DNA from: Camelus ferus
Taxonomy: Eukaryota
Direction of reading: 5' to 3'
Length of the DNA: 64,000 bases
NCBI RefSeq assembly: GCF_009834535.1
Contig: NC_045706.1
Coordinates: 16,678,001 to 16,742,000 of the forward strand
In this document: piece after piece, positions 1-12,334 of the stretch
Position numbering within the stretch: position 1 is the first letter of the stretch
Layout of the letters: every line of letters starts with the position of its first letter
The notes under the pieces: model-generated
Databases searched by the model: none
What the model was told of the DNA's origin: nothing
Seen by the model: the letters and a program-made list of their open reading frames with translations, nothing else
Position numbers and translations under genes: made by a program

Positions 1-1164
1 GGCCTCTGGAAAAAGTAACTGTAAAATAATGTGATCAAGGCAGAAAAGTTTTGCCATCTCCTAAGCCGGATTGGGGGTGCAACAGGAATGAGTGAGGAGT
101 AAGTCAACCTAACTGAGGGGAGGGCAGGCCCAGTGCCCCGCCCAGTCAGCACTGTAACAAAGTGGGACTAGAAGAGTGGCTTGCACCCTGTGGCCCTCAG
201 CTATGGAAAGCCTATTCTCCAGTATTTTACTTTCATGTTGGGGAGCATCCTTGTAATACACGATTTCAAATTATTTTACGAGCTATGCATGATGATGACC
301 ATCAGAAAGTATTAGGTTAAAACCATAGCCAGCTGTATTATGATTATTCAGGTGTCACTTTCTATCAGGGAATTTAGATCATTAGAAACCGGGTTGATAA
401 CACTCTTTACTTCGGAAAACTTTTCTTAGGGAAACCTATAAGTTAAAAGCCAAAGACAGTTATAAGAAGTATGTTTAGAACACCCAGGAGAATAACATTT
501 CCAAAAGACAATCTTAGAGCTTCTAGGTCCCAAAAAGTAATGAAAGTAAATTTGTTTAAAAGTATTCCATAAATTAGCCTTAGTTAAACCTTGATTGATC
601 TTCCTTCCAATTAGACTTGATAAGTAAGTTTCTAATTTACTTTGAACTCACTAGAAAAAGAATAAATGCAGAGTAGTTCTGCTTCTCCTTGTCTTTCTTC
701 ATGAAAACATTCTCCTTCCTGACAAAGACAGGGAAGAAAAAGAAAAATGTCTCCAGCCATGTCTGGCTTTCCCTTTCAAGTATTTTCTAATTCCTCCCTG
801 CAAGTGTGTTGGGCACACGTGTTCCCCACTGTGGTGTTCTTATCTGTGGACCACCGTCCACTGTGTTGCTAGTTACACTGGGGATCTGGGCCCCTATTTT
901 CCCTTGTACTTACGTTGTTTCCTCTTCTCTGGCTTAGGAAGTGGGGGTGGGAGAGGAATGGGAAATCTGCTTCCTACCTCTCTATCTAGCTTGGACACAT
1001 GCCTTCCCCAAGACCCATGACTCCTGAGCCCCAAAACTCTACAATTCATATACCCCTCCTTGAATACTTCTACTCCTAGAGCGCTCCTTGTCCAGGACTC
1101 CTGAGAGTTGTAATAGCCATTCGAATGCTTCTTGATTGTTAGTTAATCATGTCTTATATTTTAG

Positions 1165-2110
1165 ACATTCGACAAAGAGATCTTAAGCACCTATGTTGTG
1201 CAAGGCATTGTTTGGTGCTAGGGATACAAAGGAAAGGAAGGGGAGAATTCAAGAATGACATTTAAGAGGGAGGGGCAGATCTTAAATGGCTAACTCTACA
1301 ATTAAGTATTCAACTATAATTGTGGTAAGTCCCATGGGGAAGAAGCATATGACAAGGGGCCTGCCTTAGCCAGAGGGTCAAAAGGTTTTTCATGAGGCAG
1401 TGAGATTTGAGCTGGGTTATGAAGCATGAGTTGGAAAGAAAAGAGGGTCATGGGGGAGACGACTGCAGGCAGAGAAAGCAATTTGTGTAAGGGGAGAGCA
1501 GAGACCGCTTTTCTTGGGGAACTGAAAGAAAACCAGAGTCACTAAAGTCAGAGAGAGAGAGGGAGAGTGGGAGGAGATGAGGGTGGTGAGGTCAGAGAGG
1601 GTGGAATATGTTAGACATGGAAGGTCCTAAAAACTATAAAGAATAATGAAAAAGACGTTAATCAGTTGGTGTGGGGATCAGGCAGAGAAATGGGGGTGTT
1701 TGACATCATCGATGTTGCATCTTCAAATGCTCATCCTGGCTGATGTGTGGGATGTTTGGGAGGATGGTGGATAGAAAATAGAGACAAAGAGTCCAGGTGG
1801 TGAGCTGTTATGCCTCCCAGGGAAGAGGATGGTGGTCTGGAATAAGACAGTTCAGGCAGAGAGGGAGATAAAAGGATGATGAAGTTTAAAGCTATTTAGA
1901 AGGTTAAATTGCTAGAAGTTAGTGTTGGATTAGATGTGGGGAGAAGTTAAGGATGACTCTTGGGTTCCTGGCCTGCTAAGGATAGAGTGTGGAATGAGAA
2001 CGAAGGAGACCCTTGAACCAGCAAAAGATGCCGAGAAAAAAAATGTTGAGGTAGGTAGAAAGAAATCCAGCAGGACATGAGGTTGTGAAAGCCGAGGAGA
2101 GGCTTGCACC
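1165..2110 (-). mobile_element. L2 LINE remnant
   Basis: cattcgacaa...agcacctatgttgtgcaaggcattg resembles an L2 3' end in reverse, followed by a purine-rich L2 body. Confidence 0.55.
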
Positions 2111-2599
2111 CAGAGCTTGGACTTGCTCAGCAAGCCCTCAGTAGCCGACAGTCTGACATCAGGTTATACAACAGTACAAACGTTCTGGGTAGGTCTGGGA
2201 ACACACAATCCAGGCCACATTAGGATCCCTCTTCCAGAAGGTGCTTTGCTTATAGCCAGCATCCCAGCTCCACAAACCATCTTGGGCAAAAAGATCCTAG
2301 AACTAAGAGTGATTTTTCAGAGAAGTGGTCTTAAGCAGTATTTAGGAACAAAAGGTTTTCCTGAAAGACATATTGTCTTCAGAGATGCGATTCTAGGCAC
2401 AACAAAGACAAACTCTTATGATGTCAGCTAGGGTAGTCTGGCCTAATGAAGCTCCGAAAAGACCTTTGCTTCATCCAGGCCCACCAAAGGAAGCTTCACT
2501 GAGGTGGTTCTCATAGTCATTAGGGTTGTTCATAATTGTTTAGTTATCTGGTTTGGGGCACATGTTGGGATTACATTTCTTCACTCTCTTGCTTTATCT

Positions 2600-2854
2600 G
2601 ATGCCTGAGCTAATGAAATGGGAACAGAAGTGATGAGTGGCTTAAGAGCCAGTGCATGGTTCACTAAACATTCTGGTGCCAGCCTCAGCCATCAAGGAAG
2701 CACGTGTCAGGATGGAGCCTCCCAGTGACCTTTATGAACAGAGCCCCTGTAATAACCTGCAGTTTACATGTAGCATCAGCAAATAAACTTTGTTGTCTTA
2801 AGACTCTGGGTCATTTGTTACTGAATCATAACCTAGCCCATCCTGACTGATACA
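2600..2854 (+). mobile_element. MaLR LTR (MLT1-type) fragment
   Basis: Ends with aaataaactttgttg...ttgttactg...cctgactgataca, a typical MLT1 terminus. Confidence 0.65.
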
Positions 2855-3124
2855 GAGACATTCTTCCCAGAACAAAGTAACCTTCATGGTTCATGTGGGT
2901 CTCAAAGATTTTAGGGCAAATTCTTTGCCAGGATTCAAGTTCAAAGGAATGAGATCTCTCTTTTGTCTCCATGGTCTCTGAAAGAGGAGACTAATTACAT
3001 AGTAATAGCTACTATCTAGTGCACCGTCCCATGGGGCAGGCCCTATGCTAATTATCTTGTGTACATTGTTCCATTTTACCTCAAAATGACCTGGTAAGTA
3101 AGTGAACATTAGCAAATTCACTTC

Positions 3125-3235
3125 TAAAATGAGATCACTGGGGCTTAGAGAGGTTAAATAACTTGCCTAGGGTCACACAGCTGGTAAACGACAGAACCAT
3201 AATTGGAGCCCAGGTTGTCTGGCTCTAGAGCCCTC
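3125..3235. mobile_element. MIR SINE
   Basis: MIR core gcttagagaggttaaataacttgcctagggtcacacagctggt. Confidence 0.7.
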
Positions 3236-4459
3236 TCACAGCTCTCAGATATTCTGCTTGAAGGACTCCAGGTTAGTCCACTGATGCCCTGTCCCACTGT
3301 AGCAGCTCAGTTTTTAAGCCATCCGCCTGTGAGTATCACTACCCTCAGGTCCTTCACAGAGTGGGGTTTACCATGAAGATACGCTTTCACACCTGGAATC
3401 TGGTGGCCTAATCCTAACTACCAGGCTGGCTAAATAATGTGTCCATTATGTGTCTGGGCTCCAGAATCAGACAGATCTGCATTCAAATCAGGGTTCTTCC
3501 ACACGCCAGATTCACCTCACCTCTCCCTGTGCCTCAGTTTTGGAAAATGGGGATAATAATAGTTCCCAGCTTATGAGGCTGTTGGGAGGATGGACCGCTT
3601 ATTTGCCTATTTGCTCTCAGCTCGAATCCCCATCTTTCTCTGCTTTACTCTCTGTCTGGGGCGGGGTGTGGAAGGCATGAAGATAAATTTAATGCTTAGG
3701 CTCCCTTGCAGCTTATTTCAGCCAATAGTTGGGGCTGGCGGGTGATGGGAGGGCAGAAAGAGGGCAAGGCCAGGAGGGTATCCCCCTTTCTCAGGTGGCA
3801 TCTCCAGCAGTGGCCGCTCTCTGGTTTACGTGCCTCCCAGGCAGCCCCTCTCTCCTTGGTCCCAGCTGTTGCCAAGGTGGCTCTGGCCCCTGCTCTGTTA
3901 GCATCTGGCTTTCTCACTCCAGCCCTCAGGAGGGTCGTGATCGCCCGTTGTTGCTAATCTCAAGGCCGCCTCATTGTCTCCTTTTGTCCTTTCAGCCCTC
4001 CTAAGACCTTTCTAAGTAGAATTCTGTATTAAAGTCCACTACTGTCTGTCGTGGGCTGCTTTCCACACCATGCCATGGTGGTGCAGAGGATTGCCTGAGG
4101 TATGTCTATGAAGTACTGGGAACAGTGCTTGGCACATAGTAAGTGCCCGATGAATGGTAGCTTACAAAATGTACCTACTTACCTCTCGCCTAGATTCTCT
4201 GAGGCCGAACTGCACCAGGCAGGCATCGTGGCTTCTCATTTGCTGTCTGTTTTGCCTCCTTCCAGGTTGTCGAGGTCCACAGACCCAGGTTTGTTTTGAT
4301 TCATTCTTCTCTAATCTTTACAGGGTAAAGGGCATGTGGATTCCTCCAGGACACTGATGACATGTCACCATTTGATTTCTGATTTTCCAAAACTATTACT
4401 ACGGCTTAAAAAGCCTGGCTTTCTCTGACTCTTTCTGTCTTCCCAACCCGCCTCTCGGC

Positions 4460-4858
4460 CGCTTTCCCCTTTACTCCACTCCAGCCCGCACTGGCCTTCG
4501 TTCAGTTCTCTCTGCCCAGCTCTGTCCGCCCTCAGAGCTTTGGCAGGTGCATTTCCCTCTTCCTGGAAGACTTTCCCAGTTCCTTTCCTGTCTTCCTCAC
4601 ACCCCAGCCTCAGGGTAGCTGCCCCTTCCTTGGAGAGGTCCTCTCTGATGTCCTTACCTAATGTGGGCGCCTCTGTTACTCTCTGTGACAGAGGCTGTTG
4701 GATCTTCCTTGCAGTTTCCACAACTTGCCCTTGGACTCTTGGTTCCATCAGGGCAGGATCTATGTGTGATATATTCATCTGTGTATCCTTGGTGCCTAAA
4801 AAAGATGCTTGGCACAAAACAGGCTATCAGTCAACGTGTTACGAGTGAATGGATGTTG
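4460..4858 (+). mobile_element. L2 3' end
   Basis: Pyrimidine-rich body ending in gcttggcacaaaacagg...gagtgaatggatg. Confidence 0.55.
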
Positions 4859-6483
4859 AATTAACCTGGCTCCAAACTGCTCACGTCAAGGGTCCTGAGA
4901 AGGTCAATGGTGATCGATGTTGGGGTTCCCCCCCTCGCCCTTTGCCTGGCACTTGTGTTGTGAGAAAGGCCTAAAAGCAGAGGCCCTGGCTCTGTCCAGG
5001 CTGGGCTCCTTCCCCACTGCTCCCTGGCCACACCCTGCTTGGTGCGTGGAGCTTCCCCCCTACCCCCAACACACACACAACATGCTCAGCCGCTGGACCT
5101 CTGCTGAGCCTCTGGAGAGTCTAGACTCTCACTCTCCGCAGTCATCCCATCCTCACCCTCCTTCTGAAGATCTGCCACCTCTGAGGCTCTGCATCGGAGC
5201 ATCTCAAATCAGATCCACAAGCAGAACGCTCCATCCTGAGCCCCTTCTCAGGGCCCACACCTTCCCAGCCTCCACCCCCTCCTCAGACAACCTCTCCTTG
5301 TCACACAAGCCAGCTTGATTCCACCGGAAAAGCAAAGGCCCATTCAGGTTTTGCCTTCTTGGCGGCCGACCCCGGTGGCTGGTTTCCCATTTTTTAAGGC
5401 TGTTCATTGCAATTATTTAGTCTCCCTCGGCAGAACCTCTGGGACTGAGTCCATAGAGCCTGTCTATGCTCCTGGGAGAAGGGAAAAATAACTTCCATTT
5501 CTTAAGAATTAGCTAACAATTGCAAAAAAACCAAAAACTGACTTGGAAGCTAATTTCTTAATTACCCAGCTTGAGCAGTTCCTGATCCAGGGTCCCAGTG
5601 CCCTGAGGCTCGTGGCTGAAAGCCTGGGGCCCTACGTGGGTCCTGCAGGCCCTCCTTCCTGGGCTGGGGGTGGGGGTGGGCAGGGGAGCTCAACTTGGTC
5701 CTATAACCCACGTGGTAGGAGATGCCAAGACAGCTCTCCCAGAAACCTGACTGCCTCCGGCTTGACTTATCTGAAGTTTTTAGCTTAAAGTACAGATGAT
5801 GCAGTTTTCAGCCAAACTAATGTGCTTGTTCTGCCGCAAATGTGGTTAAAGTGAGTCAGAGGGCGTCCATGCTCTGCTGGCCCAAGGTACTTTCAAAAAG
5901 GCAGGCTCCAAGTTCACTTCCATTGCCATCCTCCAGGATGATACACTGGTGGGAACTATTTCTCAACTCTCTCTTTCCCCCCCCCCATATGTTTGAGTTA
6001 TTGAAGCAGCCAGAACTGTGCTTAAAAATTAAATATGAGTCAGGAATGCATTTGCCTGTGAATAACAGAAAACATGTTTATACTGGCTTAAGCAGATAGA
6101 GGTTGACCAAAATCCAGAGGTGTGTGATTGGCAGTGTGGGGACTGGACATTAAGTTACAGAGCAAATGGGTGAAAAAGTGAAAGAAACGCAGTGCCAGCC
6201 ATATCTGTTTCCTTTTACTAGGAAAGAAAAGCTTCTCCAGAAATCTCCAGGTTTGACTTTCTCTCAGGTTGTTCATAATCGTGGATTTTTCTACTTCTCC
6301 TAGCATTTCTGTCAGTTTTTTGGTTCACCTTTTTGGAAGCTCTGTATTAGATACATAAATTGTTTTTTCCTCTTGATAGACTGACTCCTTGATCGTTATA
6401 AAATGATCCTCTTCATTTCCGGTAATAGTCTTTGTATTAAAATCTACTTGTATTAAATTAATATAACCATCTATATTTCTTTT

Positions 6484-7105
6484 TTTCACTTTCTTAGTTA
6501 TTTTATTTTTTTAGTTTGTAATGTTGTGTCAATTCTGGCGTACAGCATAATGTTTCAGTTATACAGATACATTCATATATTCCTTTTCATATTATTTTTC
6601 ATTATGGATTACTACAAGGTACTGAATATAGTTCCCTGTACTATACAGTAGAAACTTGTTGTTTATCTGTTTTACATATAGTAGTGCGTATCTGCAAATC
6701 TTGAACTCCCAATTTATCCCTTCCTACCCTCTGGTAACCATAAGATTGTTTTCTATGTTTGTGAGTCTGTTTCTGTTTTGTAAATAAGTTCATTTGTGTC
6801 TCTTTTTTTTTTAGATTCCATATATAAGCGATCTCATATGGTATCTTTCTTTCTCTTTCTGGCTTACTTCACTTAGTATGATGATCTCCAGGTCCATCCA
6901 CGTTGCTGCAAATGGCATTATTTTATTCTTTTTTATGTCTGAGTCGTGTTCCATTGTATAAATATACCACAACTTCTTTACCCACTCATCTGTCAATGGA
7001 CATTTAGGTTGTTTCCATGTCTTGGCTATTATTGTAAATAGTGCTGCTATGAACATTGGGGTGCCTGTATCTTTTCAAATTAGAACTTCCTCAGGATATA
7101 AGCAC
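6484..7105 (-). mobile_element. Young 5'-truncated L1 (ORF2 C-terminus + 3'UTR)
   Basis: ORF 6811-7056 (MFIAALFTIIAKTWKQPKCP...) is the L1 ORF2 C-terminus. 13-bp TSD CTATATTTCTTTT at 6471-6483 and 7106-7118. Confidence 0.9.
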
Positions 7106-7448
7106 CTATATTTCTTTTGACTAGTATTAGTATGGTACACTGTTTTTCAATTGTTTACTTTTAACTTATTTGTCTCTATGTTTAAAGCAATTTTTCTGAT
7201 AGGCGGCACACAGCTGGTTCTTCCTTTCTCTCCAGTCCGACAATCTTTGCCTTTTAACTGTGGTGATTACATATATGCTTGAATTTAAATCAACAGTCTT
7301 GCTATGTATTTTCTCTTTATCAATCTATTTTTCTTTCCTTTCTCCTCATTTACTGTTTTCTTTTGGATTGGAGTTTTTTTTTTTTTTTAGTAATTCTGCT
7401 TTATTTTCTTTGTTGATGTATTAACTGTAACTCTTTTTTTAACTCTTT

Positions 7449-7637
7449 TTTATTGAGTAATAGTCATTTTACAATGTTGTGTCAAATTCCAGTGTAGAGC
7501 ACAATTTTTCAGTTATATGTGAACATACATATATTCATTGTCTCATTTTTTTTTCGCTGTGAGCTACCACAAGGTCTTCTATATATTTCCCTGTGCTATA
7601 CAGTGTAATCTTGTTTATCTATTCTACATTTTGAATA
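7449..7637 (-). mobile_element. Short L1 3'-end insertion
   Basis: Poly(T) then ttattgagtaatagtcattttacaatgttgtgtcaa. TSD TAACTCTTT at 7440-7448 (also 7428) and 7638-7646. Confidence 0.8.
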
Positions 7638-9948
7638 TAACTCTTTGGTTTGCTTTTACAGCAATTGCTTTAAGAGTTAGAGTACACATCTTTAACTTTT
7701 TATACCTTCAAGTATATCATACCACTTTATGCTTCTATAAGAATATTACAACAACAGAATATTTCCCCTTTCTGGATGCTGTACTGTTGTCATACATTTT
7801 GTTTCTACATCTGTTATAATGCCCCCAAAACATTGTTTTTCTTGCTTGCATTAAGCAGTTATCTTTTAAAAGAGTTTTGAAAAGAAAAAAATTATTGACC
7901 TTCATGTTTATGATTTCTTGAGCTCTTAGTTCCTTTATGTAGAATCAAATTTCCATCTGGTTGTATTTTCTTTCTATCTGAAGGAGTTTCATTGAACACT
8001 TCTTGTAGTAAGTGTTGCTGGTGGTGAATTCTTTCAGCTTTCGTATGTCGGTATGTCTTTATTTTGTCTTGTGTTTGAAATATATATGTTTGGGGAAAGA
8101 GTCCTAGATTTACAGTTTTTGATTAGAGAACTTTAAAGATGCTGCTTCACTCTCTTCTGACTTGCATAATTCTAATGAGAAATCTGCTGATATTCTTATC
8201 TTTGTTCCTCTGCACCATGATGTATCTTTTTTTTCCTCTCTCTCTGCTTTTAAAATTTTCACTTTATCACTGGTTGTAAGCAATTAACTGACCTGTTCCT
8301 TGGTATAGTTTTCTTCATGTTTCTACTTAGAGTCTGTTGAGCTTCTCGGATTTGTGAATTTATATTTTCATCAAATTTGTAAAGTTTTCAGCCATAATTT
8401 CTTCATATATGTTTTTCTGATATTTCTCCTTTTCTTCAGGGATTCCAATCGCATTTTTATTAAGCTCACTGGTACTTTATTCATTTATATTCCAGTGCTT
8501 ACTTTTTTCCCCTGTGTTTCATTTTGGTTAGTTTCTATTACAATATTTTCAGTAATATCTAAATTGCCTTTAGTCTCATACAAGTGGTGTATGTGTGTTA
8601 AAAATCTCAGACAATGGTTTTATAATCTCTAAATGTTTGGTTTGGGTCGTTTTTTAGGTTTTTCACATCTCTCCTTACATACTCAATCTTTCCTCTACTT
8701 TCTTGGACTTACAGAATATAAAGGTATGATTATTTTTTGTGTCCTTATTTACTAATTCTATCATCTCCGTCATTTCTGGGACTCTTTCAATCGATTATTT
8801 TTTCTCATTATTGTTCATTCTTTCCTGCTTCTTTTTGCATGTCTGATAATTTCTGATTGGAAGACAGACATTGTAAATTTTTCCTTGCTGGGTATCAGAT
8901 ACGTTTGATTTCCTATAAGTGTTTTTGTGCTTTGTTTTGGGACATATTTTTCTTGGGAAGTTTGATACTTTGGGGGCTGCTTTTTAAGATTTGTTAGGTA
9001 GGACAACCTAACTTGGGTTAATTTTACCCTACTACTGAGGTAAGACTTTTTGAATTGCAAATTAATGAGGTTTTCCCATCTGGGTGCCAGGACCAGGCCC
9101 TATTCCTGATTCTGTATGTTCACTGGGTAACCTGTCACTCTGTCTGTGGGAACAGGAACATTTCCCTACCCTGTACGATCTTTGGTGATTGTTCTCTCTC
9201 TGTATAGGTGGTCCTTTCCCTGGCCTTGGGTAACAGCCTCCTACTGATGCGCTAATCAGCTGGAGACTGAGCAAGACCTTCTGCAGGTCTCCAGGGCTCC
9301 CTCTCTTTCTGTATAGCTTTCTCCTCTCTGGTACTTCCAACTCTAGCTACTTTGGCCTCCTGGTCTCCCAGCTCTATCTCCTTAACTCAGGAAGTCTACC
9401 TAGCTCTTCCTGGGTTACCCAACTCTGCACCAGCAACTTTCTCTAGGCACTCTTAGTGCCTGAGACACTCTTCGTGCTTACCTCATCTGTTTCCTTTCCC
9501 TTATGGACCACTGTCCCACTGTCCTGCACTGCTGCTTGCTTTATTTATTTTGCTTGTGTTTTGTTTGTTGTAATTGTTGTTGTCTTAGCAGGAAAGTAAA
9601 TTCAGTCCTTGTTGCTCCATCATGGCTGGCTAGACTGGATCTGCATTACTACAAATTATTGTGGTTCTGTTGATAAAACAGATTGCCAAGGGCGTCACTT
9701 GTTTCCAAAACAATTCTCATTGAGTAACCTGAAACACCCCCCCATCCCCACCCCGTGCATTGCAATCCACATCTCCTGCACACACAGTAAACTCTTGTGT
9801 AATGGGTGTTACAGAAGAGTTGCCTACAAATGAACTTTATGTAAGACAATCTAATTTCTCCCTCTAGCTTACGTTTTAATTCCTATGATGCTCTTCATTT
9901 CTCATTACTTTCTCTTCAGCAGACTTCCAATCCTGTGACTTCCCTCTA

Positions 9949-10029
9949 CTTTCTCTTTTCCCTCCCTTTCTTTTTTTCTTTCTTTCTTTCTTCCTTTCTT
10001 CCTTTCTTTCTCTCTCTCTCTCTCTCTCT
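9949..10029. repeat. 81-nt pure pyrimidine tract, (CTTT)n/(CT)n
   Basis: No purine on the + strand in this interval. Confidence 0.95.
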
Positions 10030-10203
10030 GCCCTCTTTCTCTGTCAGGGACCAGTAATTTGTACACAAATTTAATGATTTAATGATATTTTGGGATAAGA
10101 ATTCATCTTATTCTAGTCGACATAGGTCTTGAGTACTTAGGAGCTAAGTGCTTGGAGCTAAGGTGTGTGTGTGGGTTGAATAAAGAAGCTTAAAATCTTT
10201 TTT

Positions 10204-10455
10204 CTTTTTATTGAGGTATAGTCAGTTTACAATGTTGTGTCAATTTCTGGTGTACAGCACAATGCTTCAGTCATACATTGACATACATACATTCATTTTC
10301 ATTCTTTTTCACCATAAGTCACCACAAGATATTGAGTATATTTCCTTGTGCTATATATAATATATAAATAAACAAGTATAAACTTGTTTATTTTATACAT
10401 ACCAGTCAGTATCTGCAAATCTTGAACTCCCAGTTTATCCCTTCCCACCCCCGTC
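10204..10455 (-). mobile_element. Young L1 3'-end insertion
   Basis: Same L1 3'UTR family as 6484-7105. 12-bp TSD AAAATCTTTTTT at 10192-10203 and 10456-10467. Confidence 0.85.
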
Positions 10456-11181
10456 AAAATCTTTTTTTTAATGAATAACCATCCTACTGTTTTGAATTGT
10501 TTTTGGATGGATTTATAAACAGAAGTAGAAAGTGCAAGAGAAGAAACTCTTTGTCTTCTTATTCCTCAGCTTCAACAAGTATTTACTGAATGCTTACTAT
10601 GACAATGCATTGTAGTGTTACCTAAGAAACTGGGGCAAAACTGAGGCATTGATGTTGAGTTCATCATCTTGTGGAAGAATGACACAAATTGATATAGACA
10701 CAAGGCGTGGTGCCACAGTAAATCTGTGAGATTTCACAGGACAGTGTGATTATGGGAGGCTGGAGAGATTAGGGAAGGGTTAGAGACTAGTTCAGGAAAG
10801 GACTATGGGATTTAGGGGAGGGTGCTGTGAGCACAGTCAGAAGTGTAAGTGTCCATGGTTTGCTTAGGAGCAATTTGGGAGTAAGGGACTCCTGATGGAG
10901 AATAGTGGGGAAAGCAGAGGCCTATGTGTGAGGCCTTACATGCCAGGCATTCAGACTGTGGGGGAGCTCTCGATGGTTTTCGATGGGTGGACAGGGGTGG
11001 AGACCGATTTGAAGAGAGGGTTAGGGTTCATGAGTGCAGAGATGAGGACTGGTGGCAGAGGTGTGACGGCTGGGACTATGCTTAAACGATCTTTGTATTC
11101 CCAGCTGCTAGTTCATACCTAATGCTTGTTGCTCAAATGTACGTTAAAGTTTATCTTTTTCCTTCGAAGTTGCTAATCCCT

Positions 11182-11295
11182 TGATAACCACTGGCCTTGT
11201 TAATGGCATGACAAATATTGTGAAAGAAACCCTTTGTGTGATAACCACTGGCCTTGTTAATGGCATGACAAATATTGTGAAAGAAACCCTTTGTG
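11182..11295. repeat. Perfect 57-bp tandem duplication
   Basis: 11182-11238 is identical to 11239-11295. Confidence 0.97.
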
Positions 11296-11621
11296 CCCCT
11301 GGTTATTTTGTTTCAACAGCTAAACACAAGGTTATTTGGAGTCAGGCTCTTCCAAGCCTTACTTGTTTCTCTTTTAATTCCTCATTTTTCTGCCTTTAGG
11401 AAAAGGCACTCGGCCACTGTTCGCAAAATTATATAACAAGGCCATTCCCAATCCCCACCTCCCTCATACCTAATAAAATCTGCATTCTTATGAATCCCCC
11501 CAAAAGACAGCTCACACCTATACAGGTAAACCCAGACTGCTCGCGTGCACCCTCCCAGGAGAGCCTGGCGGAGATGCAAACTTCCCGATGAGCAGCGTTC
11601 ACACGATGCACACTTAGGTGT

Positions 11622-11647
11622 ACACACACACACACACACACACACAC
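11622..11647. repeat. (AC)13 microsatellite
   Basis: Read directly. Confidence 0.95.
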
Positions 11648-11659
11648 TCTCACAGGACT

Positions 11660-12265
11660 GCGCCAGGCAGAATCACCGCGCGCTTAGGCCCCACACGCCA
11701 TGCTTGGACACAAAAACACGTCGGTGGGCACAACTTCTACTCTCAGATCCACGCGGTGTTCCAGGACACCGACCCCTCAGGCCCCGGGGCCCTCGCCGTA
11801 GCCCGCCAGCAACTGGCCGGCTCGCGGCTGTGCACGTCACTCCCGGCGCCCGTTGCGTCATCAGGGCGCGACGCTGCAGCAGCTCCGGCGGAGACTTGAA
11901 GTGCGGGCAGCTGCAGAGCTGAAGCCGGAGGAGCCGCGGGTGTGAGCGGCGAGGGCGGGAGCGGGCTGCGCGAGGCTGCTCGTGCCGGGAGCGCCGGGAC
12001 AGGTGCGTGGTCGCCCTCTCGGCCGGACCCGGCGCGACTTCCGCCAGCTGTCGGGCGGTCTGCTCCCCCCGCCCCGGTCCCCTCCCTCGAGCTCCAAGGT
12101 TCTACCTGAGAGATGGGCCCGGCTCGTGCGGGCAGAGGGATCGGGCTTGTTCTCTGCCTGGGCGACCGGGCTGCGGCCGGGCTTCCCCTGGGCGGACGGG
12201 AAGTTCCTGTGGGCTCAGAATCCTGCGCACCCGAGGGGGACGTGTGGGCATTGGCTTTGGCGTTG
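11660..12265. promoter_or_regulatory. CpG island / TATA-less GPAM promoter
   Basis: Very GC- and CpG-dense, with GC boxes and CRE/E-box-like motifs at 11833-11860; overlaps exon 1. Confidence 0.9.
11880..12002 (+). other. GPAM: GPAM non-coding exon 1 (5'UTR); start approximate
   Basis: Lies in the CpG island, contains no ATG, and ends at a good donor CAG|GTGCGT (12002/12003). The TSS cannot be fixed from sequence. Confidence 0.7.
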
Positions 12266-12334
12266 AGGCAGCAGGGGTGCTCAGAGAGCAGCTGGTGCTG
12301 GAGACAATCCGATGACAGATGACCATTGATTGGA

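Larger units (their letters stand above)
6255..9635 (-). mobile_element. Ancient L1M fragment, interrupted by two younger L1 3' ends
   Basis: T-rich degenerate antisense L1 sequence that resumes on both sides of the nested insertions. Confidence 0.7.

Noticed and set aside
6811-7056. 81-aa ORF MFIAALFTIIAKTWKQPKCP...
   Set aside because: L1 ORF2 C-terminal remnant, not a host gene.
11181-11399. ORF with repeated ITTGLVNGMTNIVKETLC
   Set aside because: By-product of the 57-bp duplication (a multiple of 3); no splice or homology support.
1-11600. Distal SREBP/NF-Y GPAM promoter and alternative first exon
   Set aside because: No convincing SRE plus CCAAT cluster found. In human that promoter lies much further upstream, so it is probably outside this window.
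11545-12326. Overlapping Pro/Arg/Gly-rich ORFs on both strands
   Set aside because: Expected in a CpG island, where stop codons are scarce.
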